DNA of 64,000 nucleotides from an uncultured Oscillospiraceae bacterium (GCA_944385885.1 CALWYY010000095.1:10634-74633); one strand, 5' to 3'; shown: positions 8,988-19,675, counted from the first letter of the stretch. The notes: generated by a model not told the origin, from the letters alone. Numbers and translations are program-made.

Positions 8988-9872
8988 TTATTTTTCCCAA
9001 TCCCGAATAAGCCTGGCCTGTTCCCACAAGCGGGCGTAGGAGGCGTGCCGGGTGGGCTGAATCTTCCCTTCCTCCAGCGCCTCCAAAACCGCACAGCCCG
9101 GCTCCCTCAGGTGAGCGCAGTCCGCAAAGCGGCAGCGGCCTAAGTACGGGGCAAATTCCGGGAAGCAGTACTGCAGCTCCGAGGCCCGGATCGTCTCCAT
9201 CTGCTCCACGTCAAAGGACCCGAACCCCGGGGTATCCGCTATGTATCCGCCTCCCGTCAGGGAGAACAGCTCCACATGCCGGGTGGTGTGCCGTCCCCGG
9301 CCCAACTTTTTGCTAACCTCCCCGGTAAGCAAGGCTAAGCCTGGTTCCATGGCGTTCAGGAGGCTGGATTTTCCCACGCCGGAGTTGCCTGTGAAGGCGC
9401 AGATCTTCCCCGCCACAGCCTTTCGAAGGCTTTCCACTCCTTCCCCGGTTGCGGCACTTGTCCGGATAACCGGCAGCCCCGCCGCCCGATAGATCTCAGC
9501 CAGAGACTCCCCTGGGTCCAGATCCGCCTTGTTCACACAAAGCACCATCCCGCAGCGGTGGTGCTCCGCCATGGCCCAGACACGGTCAATGAGAAATGGG
9601 TCGGTAACGGGATTCACAGCGGCCGCCACCATCACCAGGCAATCAATATTGGCCACCGCCGGCCGGAGGAAAAAATTCCGCCGCGGCAGAATCTCCACCA
9701 CAAAACCGCTCCCGTCCTCCCCTTCCTGGATACGCACACTGTCTCCCACCAACGGGCTGGACCCGTCCAGCCGGAACCGGCCCCGGGCGCGGCAGGTAAC
9801 GATCCGGCCTGGAGTCTGTACGAAATAGTATCCGCTCAGGGCCTTGACAATCCGGCCTTCCACCATCCCCAT
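8988..9872 (-). CDS. rsgA: Ribosome small-subunit-dependent GTPase A
   Basis: 294 aa. Circularly permuted GTPase (NKADL then GNSGVGKSSLLN). C-terminal zinc motif CRFADCAHLREPGC. Confidence 0.92.
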   Translation of the reverse strand: MGMVEGRIVKALSGYYFVQTPGRIVTCRARGRFRLDGSSPLVGDSVRIQEGEDGSGFVVEILPRRNFFLRPAVANIDCLVMVAAAVNPVTDPFLIDRVWAMAEHHRCGMVLCVNKADLDPGESLAEIYRAAGLPVIRTSAATGEGVESLRKAVAGKICAFTGNSGVGKSSLLNAMEPGLALLTGEVSKKLGRGRHTTRHVELFSLTGGGYIADTPGFGSFDVEQMETIRASELQYCFPEFAPYLGRCRFADCAHLREPGCAVLEALEEGKIQPTRHASYARLWEQARLIRDWEK

Positions 9873-9874
9873 AC

Positions 9875-11602
9875 CTATTCTACCACCGGTTCCGGCGTAG
9901 GTTCCGGCGTAGGCTCCGGTGTGGGCGTTGTCTCCGGGCCCATGGATACCTGCAGGTATATTTTGGAATGGACGGGTATCTCTGTGCCCGCTTCCACGTT
10001 CTGATTGACAATACGGCCCTCCGCAATGGTATCGCTATACACGGGTGTAATGGACACCAGGGTAAGGTTCAAGGAATTGATCTTGTCCTCCGCGTCTTGT
10101 CTCAGAGTGTCGATCAGGTAAGGCATGATCACCGTCTCCTGCACTGGGCCGGTGCTGATGGTCAGGTAGATCGTAGCCCCCGCCGGAAGCATTTCCCCGG
10201 GGGATGGGCTTACGCTGATGACATAGTCCGCGGTAATATCATTGGACGCTTCAAAGAGTTTTTCTACGACAAAGCCAAGCCGCTCCAGTTCCGTGGAGGC
10301 GGTACGGTATTCCTCGTTGACCACGTTGGGGATTTCCGTAAGCATAACTCCGGTGCTAATAGCCAGCTCCACGTCGATACCATCTTCGGTGAGCATGTAG
10401 CTCTTGCCAGCCTCCGGGGACTGGCGGATAATGACCCCTCTCTCCACATCGGGGTCAATTTCATAGGTAAGGGTGAAATTGAACAGCTCGTTAAAGTTTT
10501 TGCTGTTGATGATGGTCTCATAATCGCTGCCGGTAAAATTCGGGATAACCACCCGCTGGGAGATGGTAAAAATATCCCGCAGCCAGTAGTTCCACAGGAA
10601 GACCCCTAGAAAGACGATAAAGACCAGCACGCCCAGCAGTCCCGACAGGGTACTGACGTTCCTAGCCCGGCGGCGCCGGCGCTGGTAACTTTCCAGAGAC
10701 ATCTCGCCCGTAGTACCCACAGGCTTAACGTTCCCGGTGACCGGCTCATCCCGGACGGCCAGCATGGCCTTGCGGAATTTCTCCATATCCGCCAGCATCT
10801 CGTCCGCCGTCTGGTACCGGGATTCCAGGGCGGGATTCATGGCCTTCATGGTGATCTCCGCCAGCTCCTGCGGAATATCCGGGTTCAGCTCCCGTAGAGG
10901 CGTAGGCACCGCAGAAAGATGTTTCAGGGCGATGTCCTCGTCACTGCCTCCGTCAAAAGGCAGACGCCCGGAGAGCATTTCATACATCACGATGCCCAGA
11001 GAATAAATGTCGCTGCGTCCGTCCACCGGCTGACCCTTGGCTTGTTCCGGGGAGACGTAATGCACCGAGCCAATGGCCTCGCCGGTGTCCTCGGTGAGCT
11101 CCGACTGGAGGTTGGCAATCCCGAAATCCGCCACCTTGATCATGCCGTCATCCACAACCAGGATGTTCTGCGGCTTTATGTCCCGGTGGACAATACCCTT
11201 GCTGTGGGCGTGTGCCAGGGCTTTGGCGATCTGCATGGCGAAATGCAGGGACTCCCCCCAGCTCAGGCGTTCCCGGTCCCGCAGGTACTGTTTCAGAGTG
11301 ACCCCCTCCACCAGCTCCATGACAATGTACTCCACATTGTCCGAGCGGCTCACGTCATAGACCGCCACGATGTTGGGGTGGCTGAGCATGGCAATGGCCT
11401 GGGACTCCGATTGGAACCGCCGGCGGAATTCCGTATTGCTGGCCAGCTCCTCCCGCATGATCTTCACTGCCACATACCGGTTGAGCCGGTGGCACATGGC
11501 TTTGTACACCACAGACATGCCGCCGCTGCCAATGACTTCTAGGATCTCATATCGATCATCCAGGTACTTGCCCAGATATTTGTCCATTTTTTCGTTTTCC
11601 AT
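9875..11602 (-). CDS. prkC: Ser/Thr protein kinase with PASTA repeats
   Basis: 575 aa. Hanks motifs GSGGMSVVYKA, VAVK, HRDIKPQN, DFG. One TM segment, extracellular PASTA-like repeats, TPEP-repeat tail. Confidence 0.92.
   Translation of the reverse strand: MENEKMDKYLGKYLDDRYEILEVIGSGGMSVVYKAMCHRLNRYVAVKIMREELASNTEFRRRFQSESQAIAMLSHPNIVAVYDVSRSDNVEYIVMELVEGVTLKQYLRDRERLSWGESLHFAMQIAKALAHAHSKGIVHRDIKPQNILVVDDGMIKVADFGIANLQSELTEDTGEAIGSVHYVSPEQAKGQPVDGRSDIYSLGIVMYEMLSGRLPFDGGSDEDIALKHLSAVPTPLRELNPDIPQELAEITMKAMNPALESRYQTADEMLADMEKFRKAMLAVRDEPVTGNVKPVGTTGEMSLESYQRRRRRARNVSTLSGLLGVLVFIVFLGVFLWNYWLRDIFTISQRVVIPNFTGSDYETIINSKNFNELFNFTLTYEIDPDVERGVIIRQSPEAGKSYMLTEDGIDVELAISTGVMLTEIPNVVNEEYRTASTELERLGFVVEKLFEASNDITADYVISVSPSPGEMLPAGATIYLTISTGPVQETVIMPYLIDTLRQDAEDKINSLNLTLVSITPVYSDTIAEGRIVNQNVEAGTEIPVHSKIYLQVSMGPETTPTPEPTPEPTPEPVVE
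9888..9923. repeat. 12-nt tandem repeat x3 inside the prkC 3' end
   Basis: ggttccggcgta / ggttccggcgta / ggctccggtgtg, encoding the (TPEP)n tail. Confidence 0.7.
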
Positions 11603-11617
11603 ATAGCCCCCCAGGAT

Positions 11618-12373
11618 TCAGCGGTCAGAATCGGGTTTCCCCTCTCTGCACAGGATAAGAATGGTCACATTGTCCGGCGCACCCGCCGCCAGCGCTAGGC
11701 GCAGCAGCTCCCTGCAGGCCGGTTCCGGCTCCAGATGGCACAGAAGTACGGAGGCAATTACGTCCTCCGGCACCACGTTGCTCAGCCCGTCGGAGCACAG
11801 AAGCAGCGCCTGCCCTTCTTCCAGGGCCAAAGAAAACACATCCCCTTTCACCCGCTCTTCCAGTCCAGCGGCCCTGGTGATGATGTTCCTCCGCGGATGC
11901 CTCCTTGCCTCCTCGGCCGTCAGCTCGCCCCGGGCTACCATTTCCTGTACCAAAGAGTGGTCCCGGGTGATCTGGCGCAGCACCCTGCCTGTCAGGATAT
12001 AGGCCCGGCTATCGCCGATGTTTACAAGGGCGCCCCCGCCTTCCGAGAGAAGGACCCCCACCAGAGTGGTGCCCATCCCCGCGCAGCTCTCGTCCCGGCA
12101 AGCCCGGTCGTAGACCCGCAGGTTGGCATAAGCCGCCGCTTCCCGCACCAGCGTGGCCGCGTTGGTATCTTCCGGCTCCCGTCGGCCATCCGTAATGTAG
12201 GACATAAATGCATCTGCTGCCAATGCGGAGGCAAGGCCGCCGTTTTTTTCTCCGCCCATGCCGTCGCACAGCACGGCCACTGCCGTCTGTCCTCCGTCCG
12301 ACACCATGTAGCGGAATGCGTCCTGGTTTTCCAGGCGCACCATGCCTCTGTCCGTAATTCCGTATGCTTTCAT
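11618..12373 (-). CDS. stp: PP2C-family Ser/Thr phosphatase
   Basis: 251 aa. Contains the DGMGG motif and GDSR. Typical position directly upstream of prkC. Confidence 0.9.
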   Translation of the reverse strand: MKAYGITDRGMVRLENQDAFRYMVSDGGQTAVAVLCDGMGGEKNGGLASALAADAFMSYITDGRREPEDTNAATLVREAAAYANLRVYDRACRDESCAGMGTTLVGVLLSEGGGALVNIGDSRAYILTGRVLRQITRDHSLVQEMVARGELTAEEARRHPRRNIITRAAGLEERVKGDVFSLALEEGQALLLCSDGLSNVVPEDVIASVLLCHLEPEPACRELLRLALAAGAPDNVTILILCREGKPDSDR

Positions 12374-13422
12374 TCCGTCGTCGTCCTCACCGTTTTCCGG
12401 CGAAGCTGCCCGCAGGACGCATCCACGTCGCTGCCCAGCCTGCGCCGCACCGTTGTGTTGACACCGCTTTCCGTCAATATATCCACAAACCGGCGGATCT
12501 CCTCCGGTCCAGATGGCTCAAAATCCCGTTCGTCTACATGGTTTAATGGAATCAGGTTCACGTGGGCGCCCAGCGGCCGTACTCGTTTGGCCAGCAGCCG
12601 CGCATGGGCCGGCGTGTCATTTACCCCACGGATCATAGCGTATTCAAAGGAAATCCGCCGCCCGGTGCGGTGAAAGTACTCGCCGCATTTCCGAAACAGC
12701 TCGTCCACGCCCCGGGTCCGGTTCACCGGCATAATCCGGTTTCTCGTCTCGTCATCCGGCGCATGGAGCGATACCGACAAGGTCAACTGCAGATCTCGGT
12801 CCGCCAGCTCGTCAAATCGTTCTGTCAGCCCGCAGGTGGATAGGGATATATGCCTCATTCCCAGGTTTCTCCCGTTACGGTGATTGACCAGCTCCAGAAA
12901 CCGCATCACATTCTCAAAATTATCCAACGGCTCTCCGATGCCCATAAGAACGATGTGGGAGATCCGCTTGCCCGTTTCCCTCTCGGAAAAGAGCACCTCG
13001 TCCAGCATCTCCCCGGCGCTCAGGTTCCGTACCAGCCCGCCAATGGTGGACGCACAAAAGGCACAGCCCTGACGGCAGCCGACCTGGGAGGAGATACACA
13101 CCGTATTGCCATACCGGTATTCCATGACTACTGTTTCCACAGCATTGCCGTCCCAGAGCTCCCAAAGGATCTTCACCGTGCCGTCTAACGCGGACAGCTG
13201 TTTTTTCCGAACGCTGGGCCGGGCCAGGTGGCAGCGCTCCGCCAGGGCCGCCCGGAGCGTTCCCGGCAGGTTTGTCATCTCATCCCAGCTCCCACAGCCG
13301 GAAGAGAGCCAGTGAAATATCTGCCCGGCCCGGTATGCCGGCTGGCCCATCTCCTTCATCAGGCCTTCCAGCTCTCCCGGCAGGAGGGATTTTATATCCA
13401 CTTTCCCGTTACATGCAAACAT
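12370..13422 (-). CDS. rlmN: 23S rRNA (adenine2503-C2)-methyltransferase, radical SAM
   Basis: 350 aa. CX3CX2C (CRQGCAFC) and LMGIGEPL. Conserved neighbourhood. Confidence 0.93.
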   Translation of the reverse strand: MFACNGKVDIKSLLPGELEGLMKEMGQPAYRAGQIFHWLSSGCGSWDEMTNLPGTLRAALAERCHLARPSVRKKQLSALDGTVKILWELWDGNAVETVVMEYRYGNTVCISSQVGCRQGCAFCASTIGGLVRNLSAGEMLDEVLFSERETGKRISHIVLMGIGEPLDNFENVMRFLELVNHRNGRNLGMRHISLSTCGLTERFDELADRDLQLTLSVSLHAPDDETRNRIMPVNRTRGVDELFRKCGEYFHRTGRRISFEYAMIRGVNDTPAHARLLAKRVRPLGAHVNLIPLNHVDERDFEPSGPEEIRRFVDILTESGVNTTVRRRLGSDVDASCGQLRRKTVRTTTE

Positions 13423-14713
13423 TTCGCCTCAACCGTCCCATAAAAAACCCATCCGTACCGTGGATATGAGGCCAGAGCGTCCGGAATTCCTCCAGGGCAA
13501 ACTCCGGATTATCCGCCAGAAATGCTCTCAGCACCTCTTCGTTCTCCTCCCGCCGAATGGTGCAGGTAGAGTACGCCAGCACTCCGCCCGGTCTTACGCA
13601 ACCGGCCAACCCCCGCAAAATAGAGAGCTGCACCTCCGGCAACCGGCCCAGGTCCTCCGGGTCCCGGTAGCGGATCTCCGGCTTTCTCCGGATCACTCCC
13701 AGGCCGGAGCAGGGGACGTCCGCCAAAACTATGTCAAAGCATCCGGCCAGATCATCCTTTGGCCGGGCGGCATCCATCGCCGCCGTGCGAATACTGGAGA
13801 ACCCCAGGCGGGCCGCCCCCTGGCAGATCCGGCTCAGCTTTTTCTCATGCAGGTCACAGGCAAGAATCTCCCCCCGGTCCCGCATCAAAGAGGCGCACAG
13901 AAAGCTCTTGCCGCCGGGAGCGGCACAGGCGTCCAGTATCCGCATTCCCGCCTCCGGCCCCGCAGAGATCACGGACAGGGCCGCCCCGGCATCCTGGACG
14001 AAGAACTCTCCCTCCCGGTACCCCGGCAGCGCCGTGACGTCGCCCCCGTTCTCCGCCAGCACGGAAACCCATGACAGCGGGCTAACCCGGGCTGGATGCC
14101 CCGCCTCGGTCAGCTGTTTTTCCAAATCAGCCGGTGTGATGCGGCACAAATTCGCAGTCAGCGTCCGGACCGGCTCCCGGTTGTTCTCCCGAAGAAGAGC
14201 CTCGGCAAAATCGTACCCATGCTCCTCCATCAGCCACTGGCACAGCCACAGAGGGTGGCTGAAGCGCACGGATAGCTCCTGGGCTGTGCCAGGATCTGGA
14301 ATGGCGGGAAGCGCCTTTTGGTTCTCTCCCACCCGACGCAGGATAGCGTTTACCAGCCCCGCAGCGCCGGGCCGGATCTCCTTGGCCAGCTCTACCGACT
14401 CGTTGACTGCCGCCGGCAATGGTATCCTGTCCAGAAACAGGATCTGGCAGACCCCCAAACGCAAAATATCCCGGATCTGCGGCTCCAGCCGGGAAACCGG
14501 CCCAGAGCAGTAGCAGCGGATATAGTAGTCACACAGGGCCGCGTTCTGCAAAACGCTCCGGCACAGCCGGGTGCACAGCGCCCGGTCCCGCCCGTCCAAG
14601 TTAAACTTCTCCCCTGCGCTCTCCAACGTCTGCTGTGACCAGGCGTCAAACCGGCGGCACCGGCTCAACACATACAGCGCCGCACGGCGGGCCGCAGAGC
14701 TTCTCTCAGCCAT
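13409..14713 (-). CDS. rsmB: 16S rRNA (cytosine967-C5)-methyltransferase
   Basis: 434 aa. NusB-like N-terminal region, SAM site DACAAPGGKS, catalytic DVPCSGLGVIRRKPE. Confidence 0.9.
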   Translation of the reverse strand: MAERSSAARRAALYVLSRCRRFDAWSQQTLESAGEKFNLDGRDRALCTRLCRSVLQNAALCDYYIRCYCSGPVSRLEPQIRDILRLGVCQILFLDRIPLPAAVNESVELAKEIRPGAAGLVNAILRRVGENQKALPAIPDPGTAQELSVRFSHPLWLCQWLMEEHGYDFAEALLRENNREPVRTLTANLCRITPADLEKQLTEAGHPARVSPLSWVSVLAENGGDVTALPGYREGEFFVQDAGAALSVISAGPEAGMRILDACAAPGGKSFLCASLMRDRGEILACDLHEKKLSRICQGAARLGFSSIRTAAMDAARPKDDLAGCFDIVLADVPCSGLGVIRRKPEIRYRDPEDLGRLPEVQLSILRGLAGCVRPGGVLAYSTCTIRREENEEVLRAFLADNPEFALEEFRTLWPHIHGTDGFFMGRLRRNVCM

Positions 14714-15629
14714 CGGCAGTCATGGGATGGCCCAGCAGATACGCAGCGGCGCTCATACGCTTTTTCCCTGCTGGCTGTACCTGGGTTATCCGCAGGGTCT
14801 TTCCCCCGCCGCAGGCTACCTCGATCCCCTCCCGGCCAGCGGAAACCACGCTGCCCGGGGGAAGAGCGGTAACGTTCTCTGTATACGCCGCGCCAAAAAC
14901 CCGGAAACTCTGTCCCTGCAATTCCGCCGTCGCTACCGGCCAGGGATCCAGGCCGCAGATGTGCTTGACAATCTCCCGAGGCGTCCGGGTCCAATCAATG
15001 GGGCATAGGCTCTTATCCAACATCTTCGTATAGGTGGCGGCGTTTTCATCCTGGGGCTCAGCCGTTACCTCGCCAGCCTCCAGCCGGCAGACGGTCTCCA
15101 CCAGCAATTGTGCGCCAATCCCTTTCAGCCGCTGCGCCAGCTCCCCCGCCGTCTCGAACTCCCCGATCTGGGTCTCCCGGGCGGCAATCACGTCCCCGGC
15201 GTCCATGGCGGCCGCCATAAACTGAATAGACACGCCGGTGACTTGGTCACCCTTGAGCACCGCCCACTGGATGGGGGCTGCGCCCCGGTGCCGCGGCAGC
15301 AGAGAGGCATGGACGTTGATGCTGCCAAGCCGGGCAATATCCAGCACCTCCTGGGGCAAGATGCGCCCGTAGGCCACTACCACCAGCAAGTCCGGCGCAA
15401 TGCCCCGCAGGATCTCCGCCGGTACCCCGTCCCGGAATGTGACCGGCTGATAAACCGGGATCCCGTGTTCCTGCGCCAGAAGCTTCACCGGCGACGCCGT
15501 CAGCTTCATTCCCCGATCTTTTGGTTTGTCCGGGCGGGTAAATACCGCCGCCACGTCCTGGCCCGAGGCCAGAAGCGCCCGCAGGGATGCCTCCGCAAAA
15601 TCGGGCGTGCCCATAAATACGATCTTCAT
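14706..15629 (-). CDS. fmt: Methionyl-tRNA formyltransferase
   Basis: 307 aa. MKIVFMGTPDFA and HASLLPRHRGAAPIQWA. Confidence 0.95.
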   Translation of the reverse strand: MKIVFMGTPDFAEASLRALLASGQDVAAVFTRPDKPKDRGMKLTASPVKLLAQEHGIPVYQPVTFRDGVPAEILRGIAPDLLVVVAYGRILPQEVLDIARLGSINVHASLLPRHRGAAPIQWAVLKGDQVTGVSIQFMAAAMDAGDVIAARETQIGEFETAGELAQRLKGIGAQLLVETVCRLEAGEVTAEPQDENAATYTKMLDKSLCPIDWTRTPREIVKHICGLDPWPVATAELQGQSFRVFGAAYTENVTALPPGSVVSAGREGIEVACGGGKTLRITQVQPAGKKRMSAAAYLLGHPMTADG

Positions 15630-16141
15630 TCCGCCTCGTCTTCCCCGCCGCCGTACATTTCTTCCAGTTCCGCTTCCGTTAGCATCCGATCCGCCAGATC
15701 CACGAACAGCGTTCCATCTAAATGATCCAGCTCATGGCAAATAGCCCGGGCTGTCAGCCCGAGTCCCTCCCGTTCAAAAACGTTGCCGTACCGGTCCTGG
15801 GCACGGACCACCACCCGTTCCGGCCGACGGACAATGCCGAATTGGCCGGGGACGCTCAGGCAGCCCTCCGTTCCCTCCTGCTCTCCCTCCCGGAGAAGGA
15901 TCTCCGGGTTCACCAACTCGAAAATATACTCCTCCCCCTCTGGGACGTTGGTCTCCAGCACCACGCAAGCCCGGCGCAGGATACCAACTTGCGGAGCCGC
16001 CAGGCCCACGCCATTGGCCTGCGTCAGCGTCTCGCCCATATCGTCCAAAAGCTGGTGCAGACGATGGCCAAATTCCGTGTAGGGACGGCACTTTCTCCGC
16101 AGCGCCGGGTTTTCCTGTGTCAAAATGTGTCTTAAAGCCAT
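15626..16141 (-). CDS. def: Peptide deformylase
   Basis: 171 aa. The three PDF motifs are present: GLAAPQVG, EGCLS, HELDH. Confidence 0.95.
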   Translation of the reverse strand: MALRHILTQENPALRRKCRPYTEFGHRLHQLLDDMGETLTQANGVGLAAPQVGILRRACVVLETNVPEGEEYIFELVNPEILLREGEQEGTEGCLSVPGQFGIVRRPERVVVRAQDRYGNVFEREGLGLTARAICHELDHLDGTLFVDLADRMLTEAELEEMYGGGEDEAE

Positions 16142-16147
16142 AATTTA

Positions 16148-18610
16148 TCACTCCATGGGGTTGATGTCCGCATACACGGACACACCTCTATATTCTTTTG
16201 CCGTATTGCAGTGGATCAGGATCCCGGACACCAGTCGCCGGAGCTCCCGGTCGCAGGACCCGTGGACGGAGACCCGGTACCGGTAACGGTTGTTCACTCG
16301 CACCACCGGCAGGGGGGCCGGGCCCAAAACTTGGGTGTCCTGCCTGGACGCCAGTTCCTCTGTCAGCAGTTCCCGCACGTAAGCACAGCAGCGCAACACC
16401 AGGTCCTCATCCAGGCCGGAGGCCGTGACGGTGACAATATCGGCAAAGGGCGGGCAGTTCTGCAGCTGACGGAGCTGTATCTCCCCCCGGTAAAAAGCCT
16501 CGTAGTCCTGCCGCGCGGCCAGGCGGATCACCTGGTTTTCGGGAGTAAACGTCTGAATAATGGCCCGTCCCGTTCGATCTCCCCGGCCGGAACGGCCCAC
16601 CACCTGGGTTAAAAGGGAAAAGCACCGCTCTGACGCCCGGTAATTGCCGCAGTAAAGAGCCTGATCGGCGGAGACGACTCCCACCAGCGTCACGTTCTCA
16701 AAATCCAGTCCCTTGGCCACCATCTGCGTTCCCAGAAGGATAGGGATACCCTCCTTGTAAAACCGGGATAGGATGGACTCATGGGACCCAGCGGGAGCCA
16801 CGGAGTCGGCGTCCATCCGCAGTACCCCCACCCCCGGCAGCGCCTGGCGGAGTTCTTCCTCCAGCTTCTGGGTACCAATCCCGTAATGGTGCAGCCGTCC
16901 GCCGCACTCCGGACAGGCCATGTCCAGCTTCCGGCTAAACCCGCAGTGATGGCATATCAGCCGCCCGGCAGCGGCGTGCAAGGTCAGGCTAACGCTGCAC
17001 CGGGGGCAGGAATAGGTAAAACCGCACTCACCGCAGGAAACCAGACTGTAGGTCCCACGCCGGTTCAAAAACAGGATGCTCTGCTCCCCCCGGGCCGCGG
17101 TCGCCTCTAGGCACTCCAACAGCCGCCGGCTGAGCGCCCCGCCGTTTCCCGCCCGGAGTTCCTGCTTCATGTCCACGATCTCTACCGCCGGCAGGCCTCT
17201 TTGGTTATACCGCCGGGTAAGGGTGAACATGTGGTAGGCGCCTTTTTCTGCCCGCCACCGGCTCTCCAGATCCGGCGTGGCCGAACCCAGCACCAAAAGG
17301 GCCCCTGAAACCGAGCATCGGAACTTTGCCACCTCCCGGGCATGGTATCGGGGGGAATTTTCCGATTTATAGGAGTACTCCTGTTCCTCGTCCAGGATAA
17401 TAACTCCCAGGTCCCTGCAAGGCGCAAACACCGCGCTGCGGGTGCCAATAACCACCCGGGCCCGGCCGGAACGGATGCGTTTCCACTCGTCGCACCGCTC
17501 TCCCACAGACAGGGAGCTGTGCAAAATGGCAATCTCCTCGCCAAAATAGGAGGAGAAAATACGGATCATCTGCGGCGTCAGGGCAATCTCCGGCACAAGC
17601 AGCATGGCTGACCGGCCTTCCTGAAGGACGCTGCGGATCAGCTGGATATACACCGTGGTCTTGCCGCTGCCCGTCACGCCGTAAAGCAGGCAGGCGGAGG
17701 GAGTCTTTCCATCCCGGAGGCGCCGGATCCCGTCCAAGGCCTCCTGCTGTTCCGCCGTCAGCTCCGGCATAGGGAGCGCCGGCCCCCGCTCGTAAGCCGG
17801 ACGGCGGAATATCTCCTCCCGGCTCAGAGCTGCCAGCCCCGCCTTCTCCAGCGCCGCCACCGTGTTCCGGGACGCGCCGGTGAACTGCCGTATCTCATCC
17901 AGAGAAACCCGCTCCAACGTACACAACAGCCGCAGGACAGCCGCTTGAGCAGGCGCACGCCTTTCCTTCTTCTCCGCATACTCCAGGGCTTGATCCGGCG
18001 GTACCGCCAGGGCCACCATGGCGGCGGTTTTATCCCCCCGCCGGCGTTTCTCCCGGCTGTCCGGCACAACGATCCCCTTGCGTACCAGCGCCTGGAGCGC
18101 CCTGGAAGGGTCCGCTCCCTCAAAGGCCTGGCGGAACCGCTGTGCTGGGCAGCTCCCCCCGTGGGCGTACAGCACATCCAACGCCAGCCGTTCCTCTTCC
18201 CCCTCCGCCGCCGCGTATGCCTGCGGGCGGTCGACTCCCCCCGCCAGAGAGTAAAACGGCTCCATCGTGTACCAGAGCCCGGCAGGCAGCATGGCATGGA
18301 TGGCCTCATACACCGTGCAGAAATACCGTTCCCGCATCCACAGGCACAACCGCAGCAAATCCCCCGCAAGGATGGGTTCCCGATCCAGCACACCGGATAC
18401 CGGCTTTAGCTCCCGGCCGGCCGGCCCCGTGTCCAGTGCCAGGACCATTCCTTCCGTCCGGCGGTTGCCTCGCCCAAACGGTACGGTAACTCGCATACCC
18501 GGCCGTATCCTCCCGGCCAGGTCGTCGGGGATCCGATAATCGTACGGCCGGTCAATCCAGTAGGTGGCCGCGGCCACAGCGATCTTCGCGATCCCCGGCT
18601 GGTCAGTCAT
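16148..18610 (-). CDS. priA: Primosomal replication-restart helicase PriA
   Basis: 820 aa. Walker A GVTGSGKT, DEEQE box, four CxxC zinc pairs (CGECG, CPRCS, CHHCG, CPECG). Confidence 0.93.
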   Translation of the reverse strand: MTDQPGIAKIAVAAATYWIDRPYDYRIPDDLAGRIRPGMRVTVPFGRGNRRTEGMVLALDTGPAGRELKPVSGVLDREPILAGDLLRLCLWMRERYFCTVYEAIHAMLPAGLWYTMEPFYSLAGGVDRPQAYAAAEGEEERLALDVLYAHGGSCPAQRFRQAFEGADPSRALQALVRKGIVVPDSREKRRRGDKTAAMVALAVPPDQALEYAEKKERRAPAQAAVLRLLCTLERVSLDEIRQFTGASRNTVAALEKAGLAALSREEIFRRPAYERGPALPMPELTAEQQEALDGIRRLRDGKTPSACLLYGVTGSGKTTVYIQLIRSVLQEGRSAMLLVPEIALTPQMIRIFSSYFGEEIAILHSSLSVGERCDEWKRIRSGRARVVIGTRSAVFAPCRDLGVIILDEEQEYSYKSENSPRYHAREVAKFRCSVSGALLVLGSATPDLESRWRAEKGAYHMFTLTRRYNQRGLPAVEIVDMKQELRAGNGGALSRRLLECLEATAARGEQSILFLNRRGTYSLVSCGECGFTYSCPRCSVSLTLHAAAGRLICHHCGFSRKLDMACPECGGRLHHYGIGTQKLEEELRQALPGVGVLRMDADSVAPAGSHESILSRFYKEGIPILLGTQMVAKGLDFENVTLVGVVSADQALYCGNYRASERCFSLLTQVVGRSGRGDRTGRAIIQTFTPENQVIRLAARQDYEAFYRGEIQLRQLQNCPPFADIVTVTASGLDEDLVLRCCAYVRELLTEELASRQDTQVLGPAPLPVVRVNNRYRYRVSVHGSCDRELRRLVSGILIHCNTAKEYRGVSVYADINPME

Positions 18611-18800
18611 TCTTGTCCAGGATCAGCTTGCCTGAGTAGACTTCGTCAATGGCGGTGGATACCGGCTTCTTTTCCAGCACCTCGCCGTTCTCCTCAGCCT
18701 CGCCGGCAATCTCCCGGGCTCGGCGCGCCACCAGGTTTACCAGAAGATACCGGCTGCCCACCTTGTCCACCAGGGAAGCCATGGGAGGATAGAGCATCAT
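18603..18800 (-). CDS. rpoZ: DNA-directed RNA polymerase subunit omega
   Basis: 65 aa. SRYLLVNLVARRAREI core. Positioned between gmk and priA. Confidence 0.88.
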   Translation of the reverse strand: MMLYPPMASLVDKVGSRYLLVNLVARRAREIAGEAEENGEVLEKKPVSTAIDEVYSGKLILDKND

Positions 18801-18849
18801 AACAACAACATTCCTTTCGCAGCCCCCGGCCCAGCGCCGGGTTGCCTGA

Positions 18850-19410
18850 TTATTTTTGCTTATTCAAAATCTCCAACAGTTCCCGGGCCGCCCGGTCCGG
18901 ATCGTCGTTGATCACAATATAGTCATAGGTCCCGGCCAGTTCCATCTCCCGCCGGGCCGTCTCCAACCGTCCTTGGATTTTCTCCTCCGACTCCGTCCCC
19001 CGGCCTCGGAGCCGCTTTTCCAGCGCGCTCAAATCCGGCGGCGACAGAAACACAGAGATCGCTTCCGGCATCAAGGCCTTGACCTGCCTGGCCCCCTGCA
19101 CCTCAATGTCCAGGATTACGGTGACCCCCTGCCGGAGCTGTTCCAGCACCGGAGCCCTGGGTGTTCCATAGCAATTGCCCACAAACTCCGCATGCTCCAA
19201 AAGCTCTCCCTGACGGACCATGCCTTCAAATGCCTCTCGGCTCACAAAGTAATAATCCCGCCCCTCCTGTTCGCCGGGCCGGGGACGCCGGGTGGTGGCA
19301 GAAACGGAGAATTCCATCCTCTCCCCCAGAGCCATCAAACGGGATATCACCGTGGATTTCCCCGCCCCCGAAGGCCCGGAAATCACCAGCAGCTTTCCCC
19401 GATCACGCAT
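18850..19410 (-). CDS. gmk: Guanylate kinase
   Basis: P-loop GPSGAGKST. The start is taken at [12 protein letters not shown] (19410), which overlaps the remA stop by 8 nt. The ORF-track start at 19497 lies inside remA. Confidence 0.93.
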   Translation of the reverse strand: MRDRGKLLVISGPSGAGKSTVISRLMALGERMEFSVSATTRRPRPGEQEGRDYYFVSREAFEGMVRQGELLEHAEFVGNCYGTPRAPVLEQLRQGVTVILDIEVQGARQVKALMPEAISVFLSPPDLSALEKRLRGRGTESEEKIQGRLETARREMELAGTYDYIVINDDPDRAARELLEILNKQK

Positions 19411-19675
19411 CCTCGTCCCCACCTTCCTCCGGCCCATCGTCCCGGCCCGCCGTGCGGGCCCGGATGGTATCCGGCTGCAAGGCCGACAGGAGTACATGGC
19501 CGCTGTCCATGATTAGAACCGAATGGGTGCGCCGGCCGTAGGTCGCATCGATCAGGTCCCCTTTTTCCCGCACGTCTTGGATAATGCGCTTGATAGGCGC
19601 GGATTCCGGGCTGACGATGGCAACAAGCCGGGAGGCAGAGACCAGGTTGCCAAATCCTATATTGATCAGCTTCAA
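19403..19675 (-). CDS. remA: RemA (DUF370) family regulator
   Basis: TTG start after AGGGAGGGA. Sequence (M)[32 protein letters not shown] is the canonical RemA N-terminus. Confidence 0.85.
   Translation of the reverse strand: MKLINIGFGNLVSASRLVAIVSPESAPIKRIIQDVREKGDLIDATYGRRTHSVLIMDSGHVLLSALQPDTIRARTAGRDDGPEEGGDEDA

Noticed and set aside
8732-9094. 120-aa minus-strand ORF
   Set aside because: It overlaps the 3' end of rsgA and the rsgA terminator in another frame. The hydrophobic 51-aa frame (8758-8913) is a better, though still tentative, candidate.
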